This document shows, piece after piece, positions 27,982 through 38,529 of a DNA stretch of 64,000 bases. Location: positions 192,001 through 256,000 of IMG/VR virus record IMGVR_UViG_3300027804_002812; one strand, 5' to 3'. The position numbers and the translations under genes were made by a program. Source of the DNA: a virus (lineage: Duplodnaviria; Caudoviricetes). Positions within the stretch are counted from its first letter, which is position 1. Each line of letters begins with the position of its first letter. The notes beneath the pieces were generated by a model that did not search any database, was not told where the DNA came from, and worked only from the letters and a program-made list of their open reading frames with translations.

Positions 27982-28257
27982 TTAAAGTCCTTTTGTTACT
28001 TGGTCTATTTTGTGATTCAACCAAAATAATCCAATGAAATTTCTTCCTGTATTATCTGTGAATCCTTCCCATTGTTCTGGTCCATTTATGCCTTCGATTG
28101 TGATGACATTATCAGGGACTGACATTGCTGGATTGAGGTAGACTATACGAAATTCTCCATCGATACCAGTATTCTTAATTGTCACTTGGTCATTCTCATC
28201 GTTGTACCGAAGAGTTATAAAATTTCCCAATCCGTCAGTTATAGTTTCTTCCACCAT
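27982..28257 (-). CDS. Hypothetical protein
   Basis: 91 aa; TATTTAT upstream; terminator downstream (about 27930-27963). Confidence 0.7.
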   Translation of the reverse strand: MVEETITDGLGNFITLRYNDENDQVTIKNTGIDGEFRIVYLNPAMSVPDNVITIEGINGPEQWEGFTDNTGRNFIGLFWLNHKIDQVTKGL

Positions 28258-28299
28258 TTTATTTTTTAACTATAAATATTCGGGTTATAAGGTTATTTA

Positions 28300-28959
28300 T
28301 TGAAAAAAGAAAAAATGATATATGTTTTCGGTGATAGTTTTTCAGAAGATACAAAAAACCCCAAAAAATCAACGTACATAGACAAATATTTTGAATATAA
28401 AGGAAGAAGAACCAAATTTTATACGGAACTTTTGTCCGAAAAATTTATCCAACCAATAAAAAATTTTTCAAGGGGAGGAATGGGTAATGATTACATTTTT
28501 TTAGAGTTCATGAAAAACTATAAAAACATTACTAATGGGGATATTGTAATTTTTGGATGGGCGGATATACAAAGAATTTTAATCCCAAATAAGGATATGT
28601 GGTATAGTAATTTACACGGATTCAATATTCTATCCAAAAGTACTCAAGATGAAATTAGGGTAATGAGAATGGATCCGTTATTTACCAAAAGACAATTAGA
28701 AATTATTGAATTCATCGATAATTGTTTATCTGACGATATCACTGTAATTCATTGGACTTGGGCAACCGTACCTCACAAACATTCGTTATCAATTTACACT
28801 GAAACCAAAGGACTTATCGATGATAGTCACTATAGTGAGGAGGGTCACTATGATTTGTATAAAAAAATTTTAGAACAACTTGAATACACGAACAGAGTCA
28901 AAATAAATCTATGGGACCGAATCGATCCTCATGTTGTTGCGGGAATTAATCTTAAATAA
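28300..28959 (+). CDS. SGNH-like paralog 7
   Basis: FGDSF, NFSRGGMGN, DSHYSEEGH; start may be ATG 28315. Confidence 0.75.
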   Translation: MKKEKMIYVFGDSFSEDTKNPKKSTYIDKYFEYKGRRTKFYTELLSEKFIQPIKNFSRGGMGNDYIFLEFMKNYKNITNGDIVIFGWADIQRILIPNKDMWYSNLHGFNILSKSTQDEIRVMRMDPLFTKRQLEIIEFIDNCLSDDITVIHWTWATVPHKHSLSIYTETKGLIDDSHYSEEGHYDLYKKILEQLEYTNRVKINLWDRIDPHVVAGINLK

Positions 28960-29575
28960 GATTACGATTCTTGATATGATTTTCGATTAAATCATTCAAA
29001 TATCTATCCATTTCTTTATTTTCAATTCTAAGTTTGTGCCTTGAATCATAAATGTCTGTTTGAGATTTTAATCCGAGATATTCTTCAATTCTTTTCTGTC
29101 CAGTATTCTCAACGAATATCTCTTCGTATGAAATAAGGAGTCCAACTCCAAGGTCTTTCATCTCTTGATTATCCTTTTCAGAAGATTTCATTGTTCTGAA
29201 AATTTCGGCATAATGAGTATCACAAAATTCTTTTGTTATTTCATAGTACGCATCGAACTTACCATCACTATGTTGAAAACGTTTGCTGACTATTGTATGT
29301 AAATTACTTATTGATTGTTCAAATGTATTTTTTCGATAAAGACAAATGATTTTATCAAAACATTCAAACTTTATTGGTTGTCTATCAGACATCCATTGGT
29401 CACTAACTTCAGTATTATATTTTGGTCTGAAATAAATTTTACGGATAAAATTATCATTGTTTTCATAATCAAATTCTACACTCTCGGCAATAAAAGGAAG
29501 TTTCAATTCTCGAGATAACCACCTACCTAAAGAATGAGAACCAACTCTACCACTAGAATAAATTAAAATTTTCAT
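28952..29575 (-). CDS. Sulfotransferase-like (Stf0-type) P-loop protein
   Basis: IYSSGRVGSHSL 5'-PSB-like loop, ICLYRKNTFEQSIS, ISYEE. Confidence 0.6.
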   Translation of the reverse strand: MKILIYSSGRVGSHSLGRWLSRELKLPFIAESVEFDYENNDNFIRKIYFRPKYNTEVSDQWMSDRQPIKFECFDKIICLYRKNTFEQSISNLHTIVSKRFQHSDGKFDAYYEITKEFCDTHYAEIFRTMKSSEKDNQEMKDLGVGLLISYEEIFVENTGQKRIEEYLGLKSQTDIYDSRHKLRIENKEMDRYLNDLIENHIKNRNLI

Positions 29576-29580
29576 ACAAT

Positions 29581-30390
29581 CTAACCTTTTATAACTCCCA
29601 TTAAATCAACATTTCTTTGATATGGATCCCAACCTAAACTCAACATATCAATTGGTTCATTACTCAAATCTATTTTTTCAGTCCATTCATTGATGAATTC
29701 AATTGTTTTTGGATGTAAATCAATTTTGAATTTCGGTAAAATGAATTCGGTCAAATATGAGAAATGTTCCTTTGGAGTTGGATGTTCTTCCTTGAAGATT
29801 TGTTTGTTTTCCCCATAATAAACTTCAGGTCCAATTCTTTTCAAATCTCTTTTCATAAAATCCATCACGGGAATAGAATGCATTTTCATATCATCACCGT
29901 AATATTCAATAACTTTATTTGTATAGTCGGTAATTTTGTTCGCGTCATTTTCATCTTCCTCCAATTTATTCATTGAAAAAAAATGATAATTACATCCAAT
30001 ACTTTCCAAAATAGTTTTTACCGCAGAAATCATTGCACAGTCCCTGAAATAATAATGAATTGGGTCAACCCACTTTTCATTGAATTCTTTTGGATACACA
30101 TTTTGAGTCAACACATTTCCAGTTGTTTCCCATCCTCTACCCGATATGTACCTATCCTCCCTACATATAGAAGTCCAGCAAAATATAATCAAATCATCTT
30201 TATTGAATTTGAACTTTGCATTCATTTCCATAAATTTTATAAAACTATATTGATTGCTTGAAGCATGCTTTCCCCAATTAACTCCTTTTAACCCATTACT
30301 TTCGAAATGATGAATTAAAAAATCGGCCCAAGTCGGCCACCTGAACGCTGTGAAACTACAACCAAAAGTAAAAACTCTGTTCATAATCAA
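29581..30390 (-). CDS. SGNH-like paralog 8
   Basis: FGCSFT..WPTWAD, NWGKHASSN, EEHPTP. Confidence 0.72.
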   Translation of the reverse strand: MIMNRVFTFGCSFTAFRWPTWADFLIHHFESNGLKGVNWGKHASSNQYSFIKFMEMNAKFKFNKDDLIIFCWTSICREDRYISGRGWETTGNVLTQNVYPKEFNEKWVDPIHYYFRDCAMISAVKTILESIGCNYHFFSMNKLEEDENDANKITDYTNKVIEYYGDDMKMHSIPVMDFMKRDLKRIGPEVYYGENKQIFKEEHPTPKEHFSYLTEFILPKFKIDLHPKTIEFINEWTEKIDLSNEPIDMLSLGWDPYQRNVDLMGVIKG

Positions 30391-30391
30391 A

Positions 30392-31291
30392 TTATCCCAT
30401 AGATGGAGTCCAATTTAACCCATTTTTTAATGCGACAATTTTTATGTCAACGGATTTCCATTTAGCAAGATTCAAAAAGTTTGAATGGACATCTCCAAAG
30501 AAATTGAATGAAAACACTTCATTTGAATCTGATATGGTTAAGGATTCAACTGCAGCATCTATTGTTCTTTCCTCATATTCACTTTTTCCAAATTCTCCTG
30601 TAAACGGTAATGCTGATAAGTGATTTCCGAATTCTTGTTCGAATGGCAAATCATACATGAAAACATTCGGAGAATTGAACGATTTGATATACTCCTTGAA
30701 TTTATATGAATTGGAACAAATAAATACTTTCCCTTTATTGAATATTATATCCTTGAACTCATCTTCGTGGTCAATATATAAATCAACATTATCCTGATGG
30801 TCTTTCGCTCTGAAATGAAGTGACTTATATTCTTCATTTTTATGAACGTTAGTTTGTTCATACCTCTCTATCACATAGTCAGAGAAAAAATTAACAAATT
30901 TGGGTACTATTACGTCATAGAAGTATAGTCCCAAGCTATTTTTGAAATAATAAAATATTGGTGCATCTTGATTTATAAAAATATCGAACTGGTTAAACCC
31001 AATTTTGTTTTCCCCATTCACATAAAAAAAAGACAAACCATTATAATCAGGATTGGTTATTGCAACATCAGAAACTACAATCTCATCAAATAACGTTTCG
31101 AATAAGGATTTTTTATATAATCTGAAGAAAAAATCTTTATCAAACATTGTACTTTCTTTCATATTCACATGAAGACCAATTTTTGTAAATCCATTTTCTC
31201 TCATTTTATCTACCAAATGAAAATACCTAAACATTCCATTAGTATAGTCACCCAAGCCGGCTCTTACATTATGTTGAATTAAAACTTCCAT
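30392..31291 (-). CDS. O-fucosyltransferase-like GT-B enzyme (GT11/GT23/NodZ-like)
   Basis: AGLGDY, SLHFRAKD, VFICSNS; start MEVLIQ preferred. Confidence 0.6.
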   Translation of the reverse strand: MEVLIQHNVRAGLGDYTNGMFRYFHLVDKMRENGFTKIGLHVNMKESTMFDKDFFFRLYKKSLFETLFDEIVVSDVAITNPDYNGLSFFYVNGENKIGFNQFDIFINQDAPIFYYFKNSLGLYFYDVIVPKFVNFFSDYVIERYEQTNVHKNEEYKSLHFRAKDHQDNVDLYIDHEDEFKDIIFNKGKVFICSNSYKFKEYIKSFNSPNVFMYDLPFEQEFGNHLSALPFTGEFGKSEYEERTIDAAVESLTISDSNEVFSFNFFGDVHSNFLNLAKWKSVDIKIVALKNGLNWTPSMG

Positions 31292-31370
31292 GAGAAAATT
31301 ATAAGAAAAATTTTTAATAAAAAAACCCCACCTATATAAGATGGGGTTTATCAAAAAATTTTTTTTTTAA

Positions 31371-31910
31371 TTATGGTTGAAAATCTGGTGTTGCATCGAT
31401 ATCTGCAGCACAACCGAAAGCTTTGAATAATATATCTGAAAGTGCAGGGTTACTTGCACCCATATATCCGTTCGACAATTGATAAGTGCTTGCTTCGGTG
31501 TGTCCTACCCGCTGCATTCCCTTTGCATAAAAAGTTTTGGGGTTTTTACATCCTTTCCATGTTAGTGTATTAATTTTAACCTGTCCAAATTCTAAAGGAC
31601 TTTTATCAACTCCTCTATTATCTACAGCTTTCAAATCTTTTCCTCTCATAATTAGTTGTTCACCAGTGTTATTAGTAGTTGCGTCCTCGATTAAGAAAGT
31701 AGTAAAGACATCTCCAGCTTGGAAGTTTGTTTTCGTGTCAATCCCTTCAGGGTGGAACTTTCCAGTATTAGATGTCAAACCCACCTTTTTTCCGACGATT
31801 TGTTTTTTAATTGCCTCTAAATCAGGAGTTTTTGCTGCAGCTTGTTCTCTGATAACTCTTTTAACCAATCTTGTCAAATCAGATTCGGTCATTCTTATAA
31901 TTTTTTTCAT
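31371..31910 (-). CDS. Leader-tagged hypothetical protein
   Basis: MKKIIRMTESDLTRLVKRVIRE. Confidence 0.8.
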   Translation of the reverse strand: MKKIIRMTESDLTRLVKRVIREQAAAKTPDLEAIKKQIVGKKVGLTSNTGKFHPEGIDTKTNFQAGDVFTTFLIEDATTNNTGEQLIMRGKDLKAVDNRGVDKSPLEFGQVKINTLTWKGCKNPKTFYAKGMQRVGHTEASTYQLSNGYMGASNPALSDILFKAFGCAADIDATPDFQP

Positions 31911-31995
31911 ATTGTTGTTTCAGTTTATAATAAATATTACAATATTGAAAAAAAATATATCATCACAAAAAAAAAGGGGTTGGGGTTATTAAACC

Positions 31996-33417
31996 TCAAC
32001 TTAGAAATAGTGTCGATTCATAGTCTCGTCTTCGGTCCAACGATGAATAGTTTATTCCAGTCTTTGCTCCAGTTGTCGGACCTTGACTTATATAAGCAGC
32101 AGCTGCCTCCATATCACCATCATCAATCGCATCTTTTATTTTTTGACCGTAATCTCTGGCGGTTATAAAATATGGACCAACATTATATGAGAAACTCATC
32201 AATGATGCTTTTTGTTTATCATTCAACCCATCCCAATTACTTACACCAAGTTGTTTGGCAATCAAAGGTGCAAATGTATTTTTTAATTGGTAATCCAAAG
32301 TTTCCTCAGCTTCTTCTTTTGTCCATCGAGTATCTGCGGTAACATCTTCTAATTTACCATTTACCAATTTCTTACTTGACCCATATCCCCCTCTCCATGT
32401 ACCTTCATCCTCAGAAGGTCTACTTGTAAAAGTTTCGAATTTTCTTATAAGTTGTTTTGACATTTCCAACCAATCACCTGTCAAAGATATTTTTTCCCCT
32501 CCCACTGTTGGGTCAGATAATTTATTTATGTCCTCAGAGGTAATCCCTTTTTGTTTCAACATATCAATCAGTTTATTCAACATCTCAGGAGTCGCCTTAC
32601 CCATAGGTTTTGAAGTACCTACCGCTGCCTTGGATAATCCTGTTGCCAAATCACTCAAATTACCTGAAGATATTGCAACGTGAACATGAGGAGTAATACC
32701 TCCACCTTGCATGATTTTACCAATTACATCACCTTGTTTTACTGTATCACCAACTTTTAGTGGAGAATCGATGTGGGTATAAAATACGTCTGGTCCATCA
32801 GTACTTTTGATTACAACTTGGTCTCCATATATTTTTTTGACTCCACTTTTAACAACATTGGAGTCCCCCCCTTTGAAAAGTTCGACAACTCCGTTGGTTA
32901 GTGAATAAACTTCCGTACCTACAGGAGCTGTAATGTCCCACGCATTATTATTATACCAACCTGATGCACTGTGGGTACCTTGACCTGGTGTACCAATTAT
33001 TCCACCACCTTGTGCAACCAATTTTACGGCTTCATTCATGGATTCATCAGTTCCCAAGTTTTCTTCAGTGAACTTATTAACTGCTGCAGCAGTCTCAGGT
33101 CCAAATAATCCATCAACACCATGAATTGGCAAATCATATCCAAGAAGAATCAAACCAATTTGCATTGATTCAACTTCTTTTTTGAATTCGTAACTACCTC
33201 GTTGTTGTTCAGAGATTCCACCACTTTGTGCCGCAGATTCCAATGTACTATAAAACTCATCTACATCATCACCAACCAAATCAGCTTTAGTCGGGTCATC
33301 TTCTTTTCTGTATCCCAAGTCTTTCAAAAATTTATCAACGAATTCTTGTTCAACAATTTGATTACCATACATCATGGAATGCATTCTCACCAATTCTTCG
33401 GTCAATGTTTTTTTCAT
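31996..33417 (-). CDS. Leader-tagged multidomain PG hydrolase: PG-binding + M23 peptidase + GH24 lysozyme
   Basis: DGLFGPETAAAV..F; H...WDI.AP.GT..Y, PHVHV (M23); LIRKFE..EG.W..GYG..QKASLMSFSYNVG..RRRDYE (GH24). Confidence 0.85.
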   Translation of the reverse strand: MKKTLTEELVRMHSMMYGNQIVEQEFVDKFLKDLGYRKEDDPTKADLVGDDVDEFYSTLESAAQSGGISEQQRGSYEFKKEVESMQIGLILLGYDLPIHGVDGLFGPETAAAVNKFTEENLGTDESMNEAVKLVAQGGGIIGTPGQGTHSASGWYNNNAWDITAPVGTEVYSLTNGVVELFKGGDSNVVKSGVKKIYGDQVVIKSTDGPDVFYTHIDSPLKVGDTVKQGDVIGKIMQGGGITPHVHVAISSGNLSDLATGLSKAAVGTSKPMGKATPEMLNKLIDMLKQKGITSEDINKLSDPTVGGEKISLTGDWLEMSKQLIRKFETFTSRPSEDEGTWRGGYGSSKKLVNGKLEDVTADTRWTKEEAEETLDYQLKNTFAPLIAKQLGVSNWDGLNDKQKASLMSFSYNVGPYFITARDYGQKIKDAIDDGDMEAAAAYISQGPTTGAKTGINYSSLDRRRDYESTLFLS

Positions 33418-33433
33418 AACAATAAATATACAA

Positions 33434-34705
33434 TTACAAAAGTTTGTTGAACTTAGTTATTCTATCCCATTCTTTTTTGGACAATGTGATATTGTGTTTG
33501 GTAATCCCATCATAGTTATAATCTTCCATGTATTTCTCCCAAATGAACTTTTCGAATTCAGGTTTGACCTTAACAAAATTACAATTAAACGCGACCTTAT
33601 TCCATAACATGATATATGAAATTAAATTTGGATGATGTCCATAATTTGGTAAAACTTCATCGACACCAAAATTATAATCCAATTTGTTTGGACTAATTTC
33701 CACATATCCAAGTTCGGTCATGTTATCCATTGCCCACTCATCAATACCACCTCTTCTAAACCTTTCAGATTCATACATCCAAAAGTTATCGAAATTTATT
33801 TGATCCATTTTGAATTTAATCTCAGGCATAATCTTTTCGATATCAGATTCGGGATTATTGATGGGATTAAAATTTGGACTCAATACCACACGATTACTAA
33901 TAATCTCATATTGTTGTCTTCCTCCATTAAATAATGGGTGGGTAATTACTCCACTTTTGGAGATATCCCAATCTGATAAGGTGGATTGCATGAACAAAAA
34001 ATTATATCTCAACTTATTTTTCTCCAAATAATATTGGGTTCGCAATATGTTATCAAAATAAGTTTTGATTTTATTTTCCAATGGGAATTCATGTTCAATT
34101 CTTGAAATGTCATCATGGAAAAATTCATAATCAGGTCCCAACTCTGAATAGGCATTATGACTGGTATGAGCAGGAATCATATAAATCCTATCTTCGATTT
34201 TACCCCAATTAGACCCATTCTTTGAACGGAATAACTTGAAATATTCATAAAAAAATTCCAAATCTTCTTTTACATCTCCATTGGTCAGAGTAATTCCACG
34301 TTGTATCTCATAAAATTCAAATCTACACATCGGCCCAAAATCGAACCCCTTAAATTCAAACTTATTAAAATCCAAACCATAATGATGCGGGGGATGGATG
34401 GCAAACCGATGCCATTGCGACCATTCTACCAAACAAAAAATATTCTCAGGTTTAACTCCCAACTTCAACAACCCGTCGACAACATACGTCAACGAATCAG
34501 ATTGCCAATCCGAACCCTGACTACCCATAGATAAATTGATAGATACTATCTTGTTCCCCTCAATGCACAACCAATCAACTTGTCCATATTCATCTTTCAA
34601 TCTTTCACCCTCAATCAAATAATTAAAGATATTGAATACATAATCTGCAAGTCGGCCATAACTACAACCGCTCGATACAACAAACTTATATTTAGAAAAA
34701 TCCAT
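33434..34705 (-). CDS. SGNH-like paralog 9 (long)
   Basis: SGCSY, NLSMGSQGS, GHHPN. Confidence 0.68.
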   Translation of the reverse strand: MDFSKYKFVVSSGCSYGRLADYVFNIFNYLIEGERLKDEYGQVDWLCIEGNKIVSINLSMGSQGSDWQSDSLTYVVDGLLKLGVKPENIFCLVEWSQWHRFAIHPPHHYGLDFNKFEFKGFDFGPMCRFEFYEIQRGITLTNGDVKEDLEFFYEYFKLFRSKNGSNWGKIEDRIYMIPAHTSHNAYSELGPDYEFFHDDISRIEHEFPLENKIKTYFDNILRTQYYLEKNKLRYNFLFMQSTLSDWDISKSGVITHPLFNGGRQQYEIISNRVVLSPNFNPINNPESDIEKIMPEIKFKMDQINFDNFWMYESERFRRGGIDEWAMDNMTELGYVEISPNKLDYNFGVDEVLPNYGHHPNLISYIMLWNKVAFNCNFVKVKPEFEKFIWEKYMEDYNYDGITKHNITLSKKEWDRITKFNKLL

Positions 34706-34740
34706 ATCAAATTATAAAAACGAATATAATATTTATCAAT

Positions 34741-35376
34741 ATGAAAAAATTATGGATAATAGGAGATTCATTCAGTACCAATTTTTATGAACCAAATGAC
34801 GCCGATAACTGTTGGAAAAATCTATACTGTAAACATAAAGGATACCATCCAAAGTTTTTTGGTGAATTTGTTTCAGAAGACCTCAATATGGATTATGAAG
34901 TTTTAACCAAAGGTATTTTTGACAACTATAAAATGATTGAACTATTCATAGACAACATGGATAGATTCAATGAAGGTGATATCGTATCCTTTGGATGGAC
35001 CGCAACTTCAAGAATAAGATTTGTAAATGAATCTACCAATCAATGGGAGGTAATAAACTCCTATGGAATGAAAGGGGATTATTTCCAAGGAATGGCAGTA
35101 AGCACACTCGCAGACATAGCCGCAAATAGATACCACAAATTATATAAAATTGAATTAATCAAGTGGGCAAAATTAATTAGTAAATCTTTACCTAATATTT
35201 CAATAATACATTGGACATGGACCAATAACTCATACTTCCGTTATGAAACAATATCTGACGAAACGGAAAAAAAATTAAATGATTTACATTGGTCTGAAAA
35301 CGGACACAGACAATTTGCGGATTGGTTTATTGGGGTTCATAATAAACAAATCGAAAATAAATGTTTTGACTTATGA
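34741..35376 (+). CDS. SGNH-like paralog 10
   Basis: IGDSF, DLHWSENGH; TATTTAT at about 34731. Confidence 0.75.
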   Translation: MKKLWIIGDSFSTNFYEPNDADNCWKNLYCKHKGYHPKFFGEFVSEDLNMDYEVLTKGIFDNYKMIELFIDNMDRFNEGDIVSFGWTATSRIRFVNESTNQWEVINSYGMKGDYFQGMAVSTLADIAANRYHKLYKIELIKWAKLISKSLPNISIIHWTWTNNSYFRYETISDETEKKLNDLHWSENGHRQFADWFIGVHNKQIENKCFDL

Positions 35377-35408
35377 TAAAAAAACCCACCGAAAAAAGGT
35401 GGGAGGAT

Positions 35409-36641
35409 TTATTTATACAAGATAAAATCATTTTTCCGATCTTTCAAATCAACAACTTGAAATTCGGTTGGAGTTATAGGATAAACAAGATAATCGACCG
35501 CTTCCTTATTTTTCTTTGATTCAAATCTTTTAGCATCTGATTCAGATGATTTGACTTGAATTGTTATAGCATCCTTACCTCTTCCCATAATCAAGTCAAC
35601 GGAAAAAATCATATCAATAAAATTGCCATTTCCTCCACGATATAAGAGTTTATATCCCTTATTCTCGAATGCCTTGGAAACGTCAGTTTCCATTTGGTCT
35701 CCATATTTGGAAAATTTTGTTGAATATTTGGTGAAGTTCATTAAGTCTGTTTTACTTTCCAAATATTTTTCGAACAACTGTTCCTTGAAATCTCCTTTAT
35801 ATTTTAGAAGAACTTTTTTCATGGTTTCCGTATCAGTTGTATTAGATATTGTATCATATATTTGGGTAGAGGCTTTACTTCCAAGATTTTTGGCTTTTTC
35901 CAAATAAGTGGATAAAAGATCTGCTAAATCAGAATAGTTAGTGTTCAATTTGTTAACATAATGCCATTTTCCATTTGGGTCCAAATTACCTTCATCGTCA
36001 ACATATACCAATTTTCTATCGTATATGTATTTAACAAAATATTTATATCTCCATTGAGTTACTTTTCCATATGAAACCAATATATTCGCACCTTTAATAT
36101 TATCCTCAATATCTTTTTGTTGAATGTTAAATGTTATTCCCGACAAAATATCACCTATCACTTTTTTAAGATTTAATCCCTTTTCATCTTCAAGCCAAGA
36201 TCCGAGAGAATTTAATTTGTTATATACACTTCCACCCAACACGTTTGGGATACTCTTGTTAATTTTTTCTTCTTCTTGTCGGGAAAGAATTTTATCAACC
36301 GCCTCTCTATTCTTGTTTTGGTATCCAATGCAACCAAATGGAATTTGCAACCCACCAAATTTTGTGATTACCATACGTTTACAAGCATATGAGCTCATAT
36401 CCAACTCAAGAGCATCATCACCAATTTTAATCTCCAAATATCCCTTATTACCATACAACTGAGATAAATCATTGGCAGTTAATTTACCTTCACCTCCATC
36501 AATAACAACAGGATTGTTCACATAATAAAAATTACCCTTTGAGCCCAACGAACTACCTTTGATGACAGCAATATTTACACCCGTCTGGATGACCTCAACC
36601 AAATGATTTAACTGTTCCTCCGTAACAATGAAATTTCTCAT
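35409..36641 (-). CDS. Leader-tagged protein with C-terminal PD-(D/E)xK nuclease-like domain
   Basis: MRNFIVTEEQL; E..V...F...G Y...D....VDL.......IQVKS. Confidence 0.7.
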   Translation of the reverse strand: MRNFIVTEEQLNHLVEVIQTGVNIAVIKGSSLGSKGNFYYVNNPVVIDGGEGKLTANDLSQLYGNKGYLEIKIGDDALELDMSSYACKRMVITKFGGLQIPFGCIGYQNKNREAVDKILSRQEEEKINKSIPNVLGGSVYNKLNSLGSWLEDEKGLNLKKVIGDILSGITFNIQQKDIEDNIKGANILVSYGKVTQWRYKYFVKYIYDRKLVYVDDEGNLDPNGKWHYVNKLNTNYSDLADLLSTYLEKAKNLGSKASTQIYDTISNTTDTETMKKVLLKYKGDFKEQLFEKYLESKTDLMNFTKYSTKFSKYGDQMETDVSKAFENKGYKLLYRGGNGNFIDMIFSVDLIMGRGKDAITIQVKSSESDAKRFESKKNKEAVDYLVYPITPTEFQVVDLKDRKNDFILYK

Positions 36642-36682
36642 ATATCAATAAATACCCCACCTATTAATATGGGGTTGGATAA

Positions 36683-37273
36683 TTAAAATCTTAAAATTCT
36701 TTCTTTGTTTTGAATATCTACGATGTGTAAATATATATCGTCAAGGTCTTCGCCTGATTCAATTTTGTCAATAACATCTTCCTTTTTATAAAGAGTGTTT
36801 CTAACAATATAGTCAATCATCTCTTCATCTGTGATTCCTTTAGGTTTTTCAGGTTCAGGAGTACACTCGTATTCTCTATCCGATGTGCCAATGTCTTCAA
36901 TAGATAACCCCGACTCTCCAACAATTTGTTCGAACTTAGGAACCATCGTCTCATCATACCATTCAAGAATCACATGCAAAACATATGACTTTCTTATGCT
37001 CAATAATTCTGAAAGAGTATCAACAAGACCTTTGGATACCATCAAATATCCTTGGTCAAATCTACCATCCTCAAAATAATAAATTGCGGTAATTGTTTCT
37101 TTTCCATCAAAACACCAATCCTCACGAAGATTTCCGTAATTACGTGCCTTCGGAATGACCTTACGTTTACCATTACCAATATATTGATTCATATATTTGA
37201 CAATAAAATTACTAATGGACTGACTACTCTTGTTAAGTCTTCTATATTGTTCTTCTGTTAGTATATATTTCAT
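36683..37273 (-). CDS. Leader-tagged protein (paralog-family domain plus extension)
   Basis: MKYILTEEQYRRL. Confidence 0.78.
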   Translation of the reverse strand: MKYILTEEQYRRLNKSSQSISNFIVKYMNQYIGNGKRKVIPKARNYGNLREDWCFDGKETITAIYYFEDGRFDQGYLMVSKGLVDTLSELLSIRKSYVLHVILEWYDETMVPKFEQIVGESGLSIEDIGTSDREYECTPEPEKPKGITDEEMIDYIVRNTLYKKEDVIDKIESGEDLDDIYLHIVDIQNKERILRF

Positions 37274-37274
37274 A

Positions 37275-37610
37275 TTAACTTTTTTTTATTTTGAACTCAG
37301 CCCAAGTGCTATAAGGAACAACTTGAGTACGTTCAACTCTCAGATTATATTTGCTTTCGAAATACTTTCCAAAAAAGTGACGAGCAGTACCTACGTCTAC
37401 CGAAAACATAGACATAACGTCCTTAATTAAATCCGTTAAAATGTATAAATCGTCAGTGAAGTTATGCCCTATTATCCCGTGTTCTTCACCAGGAAACGCA
37501 AAGACAGTATCAAGATACCTACCTCTCTTTTTCTTAATCCCCTTCAATCTACTATCCAAGTATTTGAATACAATACTCTCTAATCTACTTTCCGTGATGA
37601 TGTATTTCAT
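37275..37610 (-). CDS. ~110-aa paralog family member
   Basis: MKYIITESRLESIVFKYLDS. Confidence 0.8.
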   Translation of the reverse strand: MKYIITESRLESIVFKYLDSRLKGIKKKRGRYLDTVFAFPGEEHGIIGHNFTDDLYILTDLIKDVMSMFSVDVGTARHFFGKYFESKYNLRVERTQVVPYSTWAEFKIKKS

Positions 37611-37611
37611 A

Positions 37612-37992
37612 TTATTCTTTATCAAGTATTAAGTAAGTTCTGTCAAATCTATCATTATCAACCACACTACCAAACATACTTTTAATCCTCGGAGCATAAT
37701 CCACTTTCATGTTGTATCTACTTTCAAGATATTTCCCAATTACCTCAAGAACATCACCCTCTTTCATAGAAAACATAGTTTGTATTTCCTCAAAGAATGG
37801 AAAATAAATGTGTAAATAATTATCCCCTTTTTTATGATACTTATTCACCGCAAATAACCCAACATCTTTACCAGGAACGGAAAAAACAAAATCCGAAAAT
37901 TTCCCTTTCTTTATAACGGTTCCTTCCAGCTTACTATCCAAAAATTTGAATAAAACTTTTTCTAATTTACTTTCCGTAATGATGTATTTCAT
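37612..37992 (-). CDS. ~110-aa paralog family member
   Basis: MKYIITESKLEKVLFKFLDS. Confidence 0.8.
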   Translation of the reverse strand: MKYIITESKLEKVLFKFLDSKLEGTVIKKGKFSDFVFSVPGKDVGLFAVNKYHKKGDNYLHIYFPFFEEIQTMFSMKEGDVLEVIGKYLESRYNMKVDYAPRIKSMFGSVVDNDRFDRTYLILDKE

Positions 37993-38010
37993 ATCTTATA
38001 AATATCCCAA

Positions 38011-38169
38011 TCATTTATTACATTCACCCTTCTTTCCGCATACCTCACAGACATTCCCCTGTGAAGCACAAGTTCCCTTAAACTCACCTCCCTTAAGAAA
38101 TATCAATCTTACGGACATCAATATAAAAAATAAAGAAATAAATCCAATGGTTATTAGTAGTGTTATCAT
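38011..38169 (-). CDS. Small TM protein with 4 Cys (NqrM/DUF539-like)
   Basis: Not in track. MITLLITIGFISLFFILMSVRLIFLKGGEFKGTCASQGNVCEVCGKKGECNK; ATGA overlap with 38166..38528. Confidence 0.7.
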   Translation of the reverse strand: MITLLITIGFISLFFILMSVRLIFLKGGEFKGTCASQGNVCEVCGKKGECNK

Positions 38170-38528
38170 ATCCCATCTACTTTCAATGCTGAAAACTCAA
38201 AACCACAATTCCAAGTTGCAGAAGTGATATTCAAATTATATCTATTTTCAATATACCTTGCAATTGTTTTCAAAGATTCTTCCGATTGTAGAGAGAACAT
38301 GTTTTCCACCTCACGACCCAATAATAGAAAAACATATAATTTTCCTCCTTTATCAGTTTTTTCCCATCCCAATATTCCAAGTTCTTTATCTCCGTTAGGT
38401 GCCATTTTAGGAGAGATAAAAACAACATCCGAAAATTTTCCCTTCACAAGTTCGACACCTTCCAATTTACTATCCAAGAATTTGAATATGATATTTTCTA
38501 ACCGACTTTCCGTGATGATGTATTTCAT
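38166..38528 (-). CDS. ~110-aa paralog family member
   Basis: MKYIITESRLENIIFKFLDS. Confidence 0.8.
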   Translation of the reverse strand: MKYIITESRLENIIFKFLDSKLEGVELVKGKFSDVVFISPKMAPNGDKELGILGWEKTDKGGKLYVFLLLGREVENMFSLQSEESLKTIARYIENRYNLNITSATWNCGFEFSALKVDGI

Positions 38529-38529
38529 A

